From: a virus
DNA: 64,000 nt
Direction: 5' to 3' (one strand)
Virus record (IMG/VR): IMGVR_UViG_3300020733_000010
Coordinates: 114,145-178,144 of that record
Every line of letters starts with the position of its first letter. The first letter of the stretch is position 1. Shown here piece after piece: positions 19,201-28,273 of the stretch. The position numbers and the translations under genes are program-made. The notes under the pieces are model-generated. The model searched no databases, had not been told where the DNA came from, and saw only the letters and a list, made by a program, of their open reading frames with translations.

Positions 19201-21518
19201 CAACTTCTGGAACTTTGTTATACACATCAACTACAACTATAAACAATAATGTTTGGACACATTTTGCGTTTGTTCGCACTGGTTCACAAAGTTGTAGCCT
19301 GTATATTAATGGTGTTTTAGATGGTTCTTTTACTGATAACAGAAATTTTGCAGGTACAGGTTTATTAATTGCTGGCGGCGAAACAGGAAATAACGATTGG
19401 ACTGGATACATCTCAAACTTACGTATACTTAAAAATACAGCCCTCTACACCAGCAACTTTACGCCATCTACTACACCATTAACTACAATATCAAATACAG
19501 CAATATTGACCTGCCAATCAAATAGATTTATTGATAACTCAAGTAGTCTATTGGCTATAACTACTTCAGGAGCACCTAGTATTCAAGCATTCAGTCCTTT
19601 TCAAAGTATGAATGTGATCCCAACATATTATAGTACATACTTTGGTGGCAGTAGTAACTATCTAACTATAACCGGTGCTAGTATTCCAGCAACACAAACA
19701 ACTTTTACTATTGAGTGTTTTATATACATGACACAGTTACCTACATCAACGACTGGTAACTCTTCTCCATTGATTGGTGATTTTACTCCTTCATCGACCA
19801 GTGATTATTGGGCTTTTGGACCAATAGCCAGTGGTGTGTTATCTTTTTATTGGTATGACGGTGCTATTAAAACAGTAACAGGTAATACTGTTATGTCAAT
19901 TAATACTTGGTATCATATCGCTTTATCTGTAAATAGTAGCTCTATAAGTTTGTATGTTAACGGTGTTGCACAAACTCTTACAGGTACTACTACACTAACC
20001 AACAGAACCGGTACATTATCAAGTCTTTACATGGGTCAGTTTAATTCAACAACCAATATATATTATGGTTATGTGAGCAGTCTTAGAATCCTAAATACTA
20101 CAGCATTGTATTCTAGTTCCTTTGTAATACCTACCTCACCTTTGACAGCCATCGCAACAACATTGTTACTAACATGTCAAACAAATAAGATAGTTGACCT
20201 TTCAACTAACTCATACGCAATTACTAGTACTGGAACAATTAGAGTAGCTACAATTAACCCATTCGGTTCACAGTATACTATCACAACACCAGTAGCATAC
20301 AATCCATCTATTAATGGTGGTAGTTGTTATTTTAACGGTACTACAGATTATCTGACTGTACCAAGTACAACCACGCTACAGGGCATTGCCAATCGCAACA
20401 TGACCATTGAGTTTTGGGTCAACTTCTCTAGTACTTGGAGTAACACCAACTACAACCTAATACAAAAAGGTCGTACCGGCACCAGCGACTACGAATGGGG
20501 TGTATACTTGACTGGATCTGCTAGCGGTGGTACAGCAGGGGTGATTAGCTGGCAACCACAATCTGGCGGAAGTGGAACAAGTAACGGCACCTACAACTCA
20601 AGCACAGTCAACATTTATGCAAGTACTTGGAATCATATTGCCATCAGTGTCTCGGGCACAACAGTCTACTTCTTCTTAAACGGTGTTGCTGCTGGTACAG
20701 CGTCGGTAACTTTATCTTCATTTACTGGCGCTGGGGTACTATCTGTTGCCAACAACAACAACGGTAGCAATGCCTACTTCCCGGGATACATCAGTGATGT
20801 AAGAGTAACTCCCAACGTGGCCATTTACACTAACACCTTCTTCCCACCGGTTGCACCATTAACATCAGCACCTACAACAATTTCACAACCGTCAAACTTG
20901 TTGTTAAACTTCAACAACGGTGCAATAGTTGATGCACATAGCACAAATAACTTAGTAGGTGCTGGTACTGCTGGGTTAAGCACTAGTATTAAAAAGTATG
21001 GAAGCAGTAGTTTGAGTTTTAGTGGATCATCACAATATTTTTATTCTCCAAGTAATCCATTATATGCATTTGGTGTTGGTGATTTCACAATTGAAGCATG
21101 GTTCTATCTAAATGCATTGACTAATATTCAACCAGTTTGTCAAAGTGATGCTGTTGGTACTAGTACTAACGATAAGTGGTTCTTTGGGTACACTTCGTCA
21201 ACATTAGTATTCAACACACATTCAACTGGCGGTTTTACTAGTTCAATTCCTTGGTCACCGTCAACCGGCACATGGTATTATGTTACAGTGGTAAGACAAA
21301 GTGGTACAATGAGATTGTATGTGAATGGTGTTGCTGGAACAGTAACAGTAACAGGAACACCTAGCGGATACACATTAAATCAAAACGGTATCACGGTGGG
21401 CGGAATGAGTACCCCATATTACTTAAATGGTTATATTGACGATTTGAGAATTACTAAAGGATACGCTCGCTACACTGGTGCCTTCAGTGTACCAGCTAGT
21501 CAAGTTTTAACACGATAA
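16260..21518 (+). CDS. Large multi-LamG/concanavalin A-like lectin receptor-binding protein with N-terminal Ig-like domains (1752 aa)
   Basis: Repeated FTIE.W.Y ... WxHxAxxRSG..xxxYxNG ... GYISNLRI LamG motifs; LPAGLSLSSTGLISG putative Ig (He_PIG-type) motif. Confidence 0.8.
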   Translation: MYNGGIRGKRAGDGFGTLSARDQFNQSVLQIPALTGWQPTDGSYNILTGQNAVAPGAIVVVYGTGFSSTATYTVYLGNVQIGSYTVVDTGRLAFTIPSAQSSGVYTLVIYSSTGGAAALVPGIQVSGFPTWTFTSYSQATIQSVSIQLQATGNAPLTYALQTPNTLPAGLSLSSTGLISGSLTVAINTLSTYTVNVIVYDAANQPTTQTITITLIVNDTYFSNTTMVLTGEANNTPFIADASTNNFQLTLNGNPKPTYTTPYLGDGYYSNLFDGSSGYLNLGTPSALQVGSNNFTIEAWIFPMSTGPMLILGNLNNGSGTGSYWLIVNSTFSGGSLFQLGYNSSSTGYNIQVGTGTLTTYTWHHVAVSRSGSNVYFFLDGAQVGATNTSIGSRVIDSNSNTFYIGYAVSGSYYVNGYLSNLRLVNGAALYTANFTPSTTSLTSVANTALLTSQSTSIVDKSANNLAITKSGTVNISPATPFATPTSVTVNTGYSVNFSSQTDYLTVASNAVFAFAGAFTVEGWFYWPTIPSAGSLLGTLTANGFNFYTDGTTLGLNSYGSGNVCSVAFPSRNTWHHIAMTRDASNNCTIWVDGASSATGTSAQSFVQAAWTIYGGSNNGGSGYISNHRVVKGTAVYTSAFTPSTTPLTAIANTQLLTCQGNQIVDASTNAFAITLGGSPKVLNNAYPFTMPTSTVSNLSNLGTTYFNGSTDYLQSTVTGPGTGDFTIEGWAYATTLVSGSSNLFSIVASGSSNGFQVYMSSNNGFGIRSNSANITPNNSGGITPVTNSWYHVAMVRKSGTISLYINGVLAASTTTSYTFSDTQFNVGYSPIGTYFAGYISDIRYVNGTALYTNTFAPTYQPLTAVTNTSLLTLQYNGGSTNTAIADNSIFNNVITTVGNPSQGNFSPYSQNGWSNYFNGSTDYFSLSSSTLTLGTTSCTIEGWFYPISTSGSYNLICSNRTSAGTDGISLTVTSANKFAITTSGTLLYTSTTTINNNVWTHFAFVRTGSQSCSLYINGVLDGSFTDNRNFAGTGLLIAGGETGNNDWTGYISNLRILKNTALYTSNFTPSTTPLTTISNTAILTCQSNRFIDNSSSLLAITTSGAPSIQAFSPFQSMNVIPTYYSTYFGGSSNYLTITGASIPATQTTFTIECFIYMTQLPTSTTGNSSPLIGDFTPSSTSDYWAFGPIASGVLSFYWYDGAIKTVTGNTVMSINTWYHIALSVNSSSISLYVNGVAQTLTGTTTLTNRTGTLSSLYMGQFNSTTNIYYGYVSSLRILNTTALYSSSFVIPTSPLTAIATTLLLTCQTNKIVDLSTNSYAITSTGTIRVATINPFGSQYTITTPVAYNPSINGGSCYFNGTTDYLTVPSTTTLQGIANRNMTIEFWVNFSSTWSNTNYNLIQKGRTGTSDYEWGVYLTGSASGGTAGVISWQPQSGGSGTSNGTYNSSTVNIYASTWNHIAISVSGTTVYFFLNGVAAGTASVTLSSFTGAGVLSVANNNNGSNAYFPGYISDVRVTPNVAIYTNTFFPPVAPLTSAPTTISQPSNLLLNFNNGAIVDAHSTNNLVGAGTAGLSTSIKKYGSSSLSFSGSSQYFYSPSNPLYAFGVGDFTIEAWFYLNALTNIQPVCQSDAVGTSTNDKWFFGYTSSTLVFNTHSTGGFTSSIPWSPSTGTWYYVTVVRQSGTMRLYVNGVAGTVTVTGTPSGYTLNQNGITVGGMSTPYYLNGYIDDLRITKGYARYTGAFSVPASQVLTR

Positions 21519-21526
21519 ATACCATT

Positions 21527-22075
21527 ATGGCACAAACACTTATTGAACCCTACTCATTAGATTCGTCAAATAGTTATACAATGACTAATTTGACAGTTAC
21601 TGGAAACGTCACTGTTTCTGGAAACGTTATTGCTACTGGAAACGTAACCACTTCAGGAACATTAAATGGTAGTATTGGTACATTGTCAAATGTAACATTA
21701 GGTGGATATACGACTCAAGGACAGACTGCTGAAATTGTATCTACTGCGATTACAGGTGCTACTGGTGTAGTCACGCATGATACAAGCACAGGAACTACGT
21801 TCTATCATACTAGTATTGCAGCAAACTTCACTGCAAACTTTACAAACGTACCTACAACAAATAATAGAACCATCACTGTTGCATTGATATTAGTTCAGGG
21901 TTCTACTCCATATTACCCAAATGCAATACAAATTAACGGCACAGCTCAAACAATTAAATGGGCGAATGCAACTGCACCTACCCCAACAGCAAGTAGAGTT
22001 GAACTAGTAACATTCTCATTGATCTATATGAGTAGCACTTGGACTGTTATCGGTCAATTGGGTACATTCGGATAA
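21527..22075 (+). CDS. Short fibre protein (182 aa)
   Basis: C-terminal domain matches that of 4996..6930 (GATGVVTHD..TG..F.H....ANFT.N..NVPTTN...QGSTPYY.NA.QING); ATAAATA at 21515-21521. Confidence 0.7.
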   Translation: MAQTLIEPYSLDSSNSYTMTNLTVTGNVTVSGNVIATGNVTTSGTLNGSIGTLSNVTLGGYTTQGQTAEIVSTAITGATGVVTHDTSTGTTFYHTSIAANFTANFTNVPTTNNRTITVALILVQGSTPYYPNAIQINGTAQTIKWANATAPTPTASRVELVTFSLIYMSSTWTVIGQLGTFG

Positions 22076-22079
22076 AAAT

Positions 22080-24146
22080 ATGAGTAGACTTGGGTCAATC
22101 GGTTCACCTATTGAACGAACAAAGTTAGCCACTTTTCAAAATCCTATATATGGTACAGGTGGAACAATTACCATTAATAATGGCTATGTGACACATACAT
22201 TTACTAGTGGCGGAACATTTACAACACCTGCAACTGGTTTAGTAGGAGTAAACATTTTAGTTGTTGCTGGTGGCGGAGGTGGGGGCGCTGGACCCGGTGG
22301 TGGCGGAGGTGGCGCCGGAGCTTATATTACTTCAACATATTCATCGTTAGCAAGTAGTCTTTCTTTAACCGTATCAATAGGTGGCGGGGGTGCAGCTGGA
22401 CCTGCAACTACTAACGGCAATGGATCAAATGCAAGTCCTGGAGTCAATTCATCAATTAGTGGTACTGGATTCTCAACATTAACTGCAACCGGTGGTGGTT
22501 TCGGTGGTGGTGGTGATAAAAACATCAACGGTGGTAGTGGTGGTAGTGGTGGCGGAGGTGGCTCTAGTAATGCTAACGCAGGATCATCGGGTACAGCTGG
22601 ATCTGGAACTACTGGAGGAAATAACGGTGGCGCAGGCGGTGGCTCAAATAGTGCTGGCTTTGCAGCGGGTGGAGGCGGCGGCGGAGCCGGCCAAGTTGGT
22701 CAAACAGGTACGAGCACATTGTTAACTGGTGCAGGTGGTAATGGATTAACATGGGTTGATGGTAACACATATGCCGGTGGCGGCGGCGGTGGACAAAATA
22801 ACACTGGAACATATGCAGCAATAGGCGGTACTGGTGGCGGTGGCACTGGTGCAGGATATCCTTCAGTTGCTGGTACTGATCCTGTTTCAGGAGTAAACGG
22901 AACAGCATACACCGGAGGAGGTGGAGGTGGTGGCGCACAACATAACGGCAGTCCATATAATCGTGGTGCCGGTGGTCAAGGTGGAGCTGGAGTGGTAATT
23001 ATTAGATACCCTGTCAGTTCCTATGCAGATACACGTCCACCTGCTTGGCAAACAACATTGCCTTTGTTGGAATTTGGTTCAGCCACTTTGGTAAGTTATC
23101 AGTTCAATGCAACTAGTCCCGCAGGATACTCGTTGACGTATTCATATACAGGAACATTGCCCTCAGGTCTATCGTTAAGTTCAAGTGGTTTACTGTCAGG
23201 AACAATGCCACTTATAGCACTTATAGACAATTATTACAATAATATTGTTGTTACTGCAACTGATTCTGTAGGTAACACAAACTCTCTGACTATTACTATA
23301 AGAAATATTAGCTTGTCTTATAAAGCAGTTAGTAGCGGAAACGTCACTGTTTCATATTCTGGTGGGTATACATACCACACTTTTACCGGTTCAGGAACTT
23401 TTACCTCATATGGTCCGTTAACTGCTGACTATCTTGCAATAGCAGGTGGAGGCGGTGGTGGCGGAAAACGCGGGGGAGGTGGAGGTGCTGGTGGGGTAAT
23501 AATTGGAACAAGCGTTTCTATACCAGCTACAACACTAACCGTAATAGTCGGCGGTGGCGGAGCAAATTCATCTCCTGGATTCTTTCAAGGTGGTAAAGGA
23601 TCAAACACTACAATTACTGGAACAGGATTTACCTCGGTTGGTCCAGAAGGTGGCGGTAGTGGTGGTTCAAATGCTAGTGGTCAAGGAGCCGGAGGCGGCG
23701 GTAGTGGCGGTGGTGTGGGATCAAGTGACAGTGTAAACGGTAGCGGCCCAGGAGTTGGTGATAGTGGTCAAGGTAACAACGGTGGTAACTCAACCGGTGG
23801 TTACGGTGGAGGCGGTGGTGGAGGTTATGGTAGTGTAGGTCAGTCTATTAGCACAGGTGGTGGCGGTGGCAATGGTGGTAATGGTGGTACTGGTTATCTT
23901 AGTCCCTGGACCGGTAATTATTATGCCGGCGGTGGTGGCGGTGGGCAAGCTATCTACAACAATGGTAATGGTGGTACAGGCGGCTCTGGCGTTGGTGGCA
24001 ATGGCGGCGGATTAGGTGGTAGTAGTAGTAATGGATTCCCCGGATCACCGTATACCGGTGGTGGTGGTGGCGGTGGTGGTGACGGACCCACACTATACGG
24101 CGGATCAGGTGGTTCTGGCATTGTTATCATTAGATATCTAACATAA
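22080..24146 (+). CDS. Double polyglycine-domain adhesin-like protein with central Ig-like domain (688 aa)
   Basis: Two HTFT..GTF...VAGGGGGG...GGSGxVIIRY modules flanking GTLPSGLSLSSSGLLSGT. Confidence 0.7.
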   Translation: MSRLGSIGSPIERTKLATFQNPIYGTGGTITINNGYVTHTFTSGGTFTTPATGLVGVNILVVAGGGGGGAGPGGGGGGAGAYITSTYSSLASSLSLTVSIGGGGAAGPATTNGNGSNASPGVNSSISGTGFSTLTATGGGFGGGGDKNINGGSGGSGGGGGSSNANAGSSGTAGSGTTGGNNGGAGGGSNSAGFAAGGGGGGAGQVGQTGTSTLLTGAGGNGLTWVDGNTYAGGGGGGQNNTGTYAAIGGTGGGGTGAGYPSVAGTDPVSGVNGTAYTGGGGGGGAQHNGSPYNRGAGGQGGAGVVIIRYPVSSYADTRPPAWQTTLPLLEFGSATLVSYQFNATSPAGYSLTYSYTGTLPSGLSLSSSGLLSGTMPLIALIDNYYNNIVVTATDSVGNTNSLTITIRNISLSYKAVSSGNVTVSYSGGYTYHTFTGSGTFTSYGPLTADYLAIAGGGGGGGKRGGGGGAGGVIIGTSVSIPATTLTVIVGGGGANSSPGFFQGGKGSNTTITGTGFTSVGPEGGGSGGSNASGQGAGGGGSGGGVGSSDSVNGSGPGVGDSGQGNNGGNSTGGYGGGGGGGYGSVGQSISTGGGGGNGGNGGTGYLSPWTGNYYAGGGGGGQAIYNNGNGGTGGSGVGGNGGGLGGSSSNGFPGSPYTGGGGGGGGDGPTLYGGSGGSGIVIIRYLT

Positions 24147-24166
24147 ATACACAATAGGATTAAAAT

Positions 24167-24595
24167 ATGTCATTAACCGTCATTAAATCATCAGGAACAG
24201 ACTTTGTAGCAAACAATGTCTCAATATCCTCACTTTATGCAGGGGGTATTGAACCTCCCTATCTACTAGATGATATTAGCAATTATTTTGACGGCGCAAC
24301 TACCGTATTTCCCTTGACGGTGAACACAGGCAGCATAAATACTATAGTGGATTCAAAAGATATTCAAGTTGTAATTAACGGGCAGTTATTAGTTCCTTAT
24401 GTAAAAGAACAAAAATTTCCTTGGTACGCTGAATTTGATTCCAGCAGAGGATACAGAGTTAGTAGTGGTAATTTGATTATATATAACGCACCTGATTCAG
24501 GAGATGTTGCAGTAGTCACTTTAGTAAACACTAGTAGAACACAACAGGTTAGAAAATACCCATATTCAGCGAATACAGTCGCACTCGGAGATTAA
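24167..24595 (+). CDS. Virion structural protein (142 aa)
   Basis: LDDISNYFDG..TVFPL motif; SD agga; lies within the structural block. Confidence 0.55.
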   Translation: MSLTVIKSSGTDFVANNVSISSLYAGGIEPPYLLDDISNYFDGATTVFPLTVNTGSINTIVDSKDIQVVINGQLLVPYVKEQKFPWYAEFDSSRGYRVSSGNLIIYNAPDSGDVAVVTLVNTSRTQQVRKYPYSANTVALGD

Positions 24596-24598
24596 ATA

Positions 24599-27500
24599 AT
24601 GGCAAAGCACGTAATACAAGAAAACTATACATTCACACCGTCTACAAAGACGTTAGTGATTAACAACAAATGGATTCGTCAAGAACAGTTGTTATTGATT
24701 ACCAACGTTACACGTAACACAGTGTTGTTTAACTTCAGCGACCCAACATTAGTTGCAACAAGCTATACAAACACAATAGTAAACAACACACCGCAAACAA
24801 CAATTGTGTTTACTTATAACACTGCAAGTCAAGCAAGTACTGATAAGATTAGTATTCTTGTTGAAGAAATCAACGAAACAATACAAGCAAGTGATTTGTT
24901 AACTGACCCAGTTGGTAAATTGCGTACTAGCACCCCGCAAGCATTGATTGATACTGACTTTGAGTATTCTACTCAGGCTACTAAGTGGGAATCATTGGCG
25001 ATGATTAACAATCGTCCTTATGGTTATTACTCAGTTTTTAACCCATTAACAATCACTGATATTCAAGCAACAAACGGTTCAAGAACTTATACAGTCTCAA
25101 CTACAACCCCTCCGTCCGCGGGTACTCCTGCTTACATTCAAGATACATTGTTTAACGGTGCTGAAGGTTTATTTCAAGTTGACTCTGTTGTAGCAAGTAC
25201 TAGTTTCTCATATACTGGTCGTAACATTTTTACTGGTACTACTGGTTCAATTTATAACAGTGCAACTCCAAGTGCAGTATATACAGGTTCAGTGTATAGT
25301 AACGCAAGCATTGGTGCAACAGGTAGTGCAACATTTACTCCTGGTACAGGTAACGCTATTGCAGTTGTAACAAGTGTACCACACGGATTAGTTGTAGGTA
25401 ATGAGATTGCAGTTACTGGTATTACTGGTACTAACCCACCAAACGGTAGTTGGATTGTTGCAACAGTTACTAGCCCAACAGCATTCACATTCTATTCAAC
25501 ATTAACTGCAAGTGGCTTGACAGTAACAAGTGCTATCTTGTATGTTCGTCCACAGGGTAACGCAATACATAGACCATATGACGGTGGTGTTTTCTTTAGT
25601 ACCAATGCTGCAAGTCACAATCAACAATTGATTCGTCAGACCCGTCGCTACTTCCGTTATCAATCTGGTAAAGGTATTCAAATGAGTACTGGTACTATTT
25701 TGAAACCAAGTTTGTTACTAGATCAAATTTCTAGTTCAGGTACTACAGTTACAGTAACATCAAAATTACAACACAACGTCAACGTTGGTATTAGTATGCA
25801 AGTTACAGGTTGTAACGAAACAGCATATAACGGTACATTTGTTGTAACATCAGTATTAAACGCATATCAATTTACATATACCGCACTAACAGCACCAAGT
25901 GCAACACCAGCAAGTGGTTTACCAATTGTTAGTGCAAATAGCTGGTATGGTGCATCAACTCGTGTTGGTATGTTTGACCAACAAAACGGTATTTTCTTTG
26001 AGTTTGATGGTCAAACATTATGGGCAGTACGTAGAAGCAGCACATATCAATTAGATGGTTTCGCAAGTGTAACAAACGGTAGCTCAACAGTATCTGGTGT
26101 TACATTGAACGGTGTTACGACTACATTCAGTAAACAACTAAGCCCTAACGATTTTATTGTTATCAAGGGTATGAGTTATCGTGTTGTTACTATTAGTAGT
26201 GATACATCAATGACAATTTCACCTTCATACAGAGGTGTTACTGGTTCTCAAGTATTGATTACAAAAACAGTTGATACAAAAACAGCACAAAGTAGTTGGA
26301 TCATTGATAAGTTTGACGGTACAGGACCTTCAGGCTTTAATATGGACTTGACTAAAATGCAAATGTTCTACTTAGACTATACATGGTATGGCGCTGGTGC
26401 AATACGTTGGGGCTTTAGAACAATTGACGGCTCAATATTCTATGGTCATAAGTTAGCAAACAACAACGTTAACGATAGAGCATATATGCGTTCTGGTAAC
26501 TTACCAGCACGTTATGAAACAAATACTTTCCCACCTTATACAATAACCACATCAACTGTTAATTCAGGTGACTCAACTGTTAACGTTGCAAGTACAACTG
26601 GTTTCCCAAGTGCAGGTATCTTGTTGATTCGCGGTGCAAGTGCATATGAATATGTTAACTATACTGGGCTAACATCAACATCATTTACTGGTTTAACTCG
26701 TGGTCAAGCAGGTAACACTGGTTTAAGTGCAACTACCATTACAGCAGGTAATCCAACTATTACTTTTGCAAGTACAACTGGTGTTCAAGTTGGACAGATT
26801 GTAAGTGGTACAGGTTTACAGCCAGGTACAACAGTTGTTTCATTTGTTGCAAACACAAGTGTAACAGTAAGTCCTGCTCCATACGCAGGTGGTTCAAGTG
26901 TTAGTTGTGTATTTGCTCCATTAGCAAATACTGGTACTACATTCACGTATTCAAGTACAGCACCTGTTTCAGTCGAACTACATGCTCCTAACTTTGCAAG
27001 TACAATCAGTCATTGGGGTACTAGTGTTATCATGGACGGACGTTTTGACGATGATAAGGCCTACGTTTTCACTAAAGGTTTAACAAGTTCAACATTGTTA
27101 TCTGTTGCAGGTGCTGCAACTAACGCAGTTTTGAGTATTCGTATTTCTCCTTCTGTTAGTTCAGGTATTGGCTCAAGTACGTTAGGTACTCGTGAATTAG
27201 TTAACCGCATGCAGTTGGTTCTACGTCAGATGGACGTTTATGCTAACGGTCCGTTCTATATCTCATTGATTCTAAACGGTGTACCAAGTGCTGCAACAGC
27301 ATTTACAAACGTTGGTGGTTCTAGTTTGGCTCAAACTATCACACACGTTTCTACTACAACAATTACAGGTGGTGAATCAGTTTATGGTTTCTTCGTTAAC
27401 ACATCAGGTGGTTCAACAAACTATACAACAACTACAACTGATTTGTCATTAGTTCGTGATATGGGTACAAGTATTTTATCAGGTGGCAATGCTGCAGGTA

Positions 27501-27616
27501 ACGTGAACATTTATCCAGACGGCCCTGACGTTATTACAATCATGGCAACTAACTTAACAGCATCAACCGCAGCTAACATTGCTATTCGTTTATCTTGGAC
27601 AGAAGCTCAAGCGTAA
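24599..27616 (+). CDS. Large virion structural protein (1005 aa)
   Basis: Long ORF with GKLRTSTPQALIDTDFEY and RQTRRYFRYQSGKG motifs typical of T4-like aquatic phage virion proteins; tandem beta-barrel repeats. Confidence 0.7.
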   Translation: MAKHVIQENYTFTPSTKTLVINNKWIRQEQLLLITNVTRNTVLFNFSDPTLVATSYTNTIVNNTPQTTIVFTYNTASQASTDKISILVEEINETIQASDLLTDPVGKLRTSTPQALIDTDFEYSTQATKWESLAMINNRPYGYYSVFNPLTITDIQATNGSRTYTVSTTTPPSAGTPAYIQDTLFNGAEGLFQVDSVVASTSFSYTGRNIFTGTTGSIYNSATPSAVYTGSVYSNASIGATGSATFTPGTGNAIAVVTSVPHGLVVGNEIAVTGITGTNPPNGSWIVATVTSPTAFTFYSTLTASGLTVTSAILYVRPQGNAIHRPYDGGVFFSTNAASHNQQLIRQTRRYFRYQSGKGIQMSTGTILKPSLLLDQISSSGTTVTVTSKLQHNVNVGISMQVTGCNETAYNGTFVVTSVLNAYQFTYTALTAPSATPASGLPIVSANSWYGASTRVGMFDQQNGIFFEFDGQTLWAVRRSSTYQLDGFASVTNGSSTVSGVTLNGVTTTFSKQLSPNDFIVIKGMSYRVVTISSDTSMTISPSYRGVTGSQVLITKTVDTKTAQSSWIIDKFDGTGPSGFNMDLTKMQMFYLDYTWYGAGAIRWGFRTIDGSIFYGHKLANNNVNDRAYMRSGNLPARYETNTFPPYTITTSTVNSGDSTVNVASTTGFPSAGILLIRGASAYEYVNYTGLTSTSFTGLTRGQAGNTGLSATTITAGNPTITFASTTGVQVGQIVSGTGLQPGTTVVSFVANTSVTVSPAPYAGGSSVSCVFAPLANTGTTFTYSSTAPVSVELHAPNFASTISHWGTSVIMDGRFDDDKAYVFTKGLTSSTLLSVAGAATNAVLSIRISPSVSSGIGSSTLGTRELVNRMQLVLRQMDVYANGPFYISLILNGVPSAATAFTNVGGSSLAQTITHVSTTTITGGESVYGFFVNTSGGSTNYTTTTTDLSLVRDMGTSILSGGNAAGNVNIYPDGPDVITIMATNLTASTAANIAIRLSWTEAQA

Positions 27617-27625
27617 GAGGAAACA

Positions 27626-28261
27626 ATGTCATTTAAGAATACGCAAAAGTTTTATCAGTCACCCATTCAACCTTCAAACCCTAACGCAGGTGATGAATGG
27701 GTGAATACCGCAACTAATAGAACTTATCAGTTTATGACTCTTGCTGGTGCAACACCAGCATGGATTGAAAAAGCAATAGCACCAACTGCAAACGTATTCA
27801 ACTTGCAGAACTTAAACGTTGTTGGCACAACAACAATGCCGGGCACAACAACAGCAATGTCATTGTCATTGACTAATATTGCTGAAACAGTAAACTTGTC
27901 TACGACTGCATTGTCCGGGGTATTCAACTATAACGTAACATCACAAACTGTATTCTATGTTACTGCTAGTAGTACAGGTAACATTATTGTTAATATTCGT
28001 GGTGGTGATTTTAATGCATTAAATAACTTACTAAGTGTGGGACAAAGTGTCACTGTAGCGTTAATGTTTACTAACGGTTCAACTGGGTATTATGTTTCAG
28101 GTATTCAAGTAGATGGTGCAGCCCCTGCATTAACTAAATGGCAAGGTGGTACTGCTCCTAGTTACGGAAACGCAAACTCAATTGATAGTTATACATTCAG
28201 TGTTATTAAAACAGCAACATCAACATACACGGTTCTTGCAGCACGTGTTCAATTTGCTTAA
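27626..28261 (+). CDS. Short fibre protein (211 aa)
   Basis: C-terminal YYVSGIQVDG..KWQGGTAP..GNANSIDSYTF domain is distantly related to the 21527 domain; SD gagga. Confidence 0.65.
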   Translation: MSFKNTQKFYQSPIQPSNPNAGDEWVNTATNRTYQFMTLAGATPAWIEKAIAPTANVFNLQNLNVVGTTTMPGTTTAMSLSLTNIAETVNLSTTALSGVFNYNVTSQTVFYVTASSTGNIIVNIRGGDFNALNNLLSVGQSVTVALMFTNGSTGYYVSGIQVDGAAPALTKWQGGTAPSYGNANSIDSYTFSVIKTATSTYTVLAARVQFA

Positions 28262-28273
28262 GGGGTACTAATC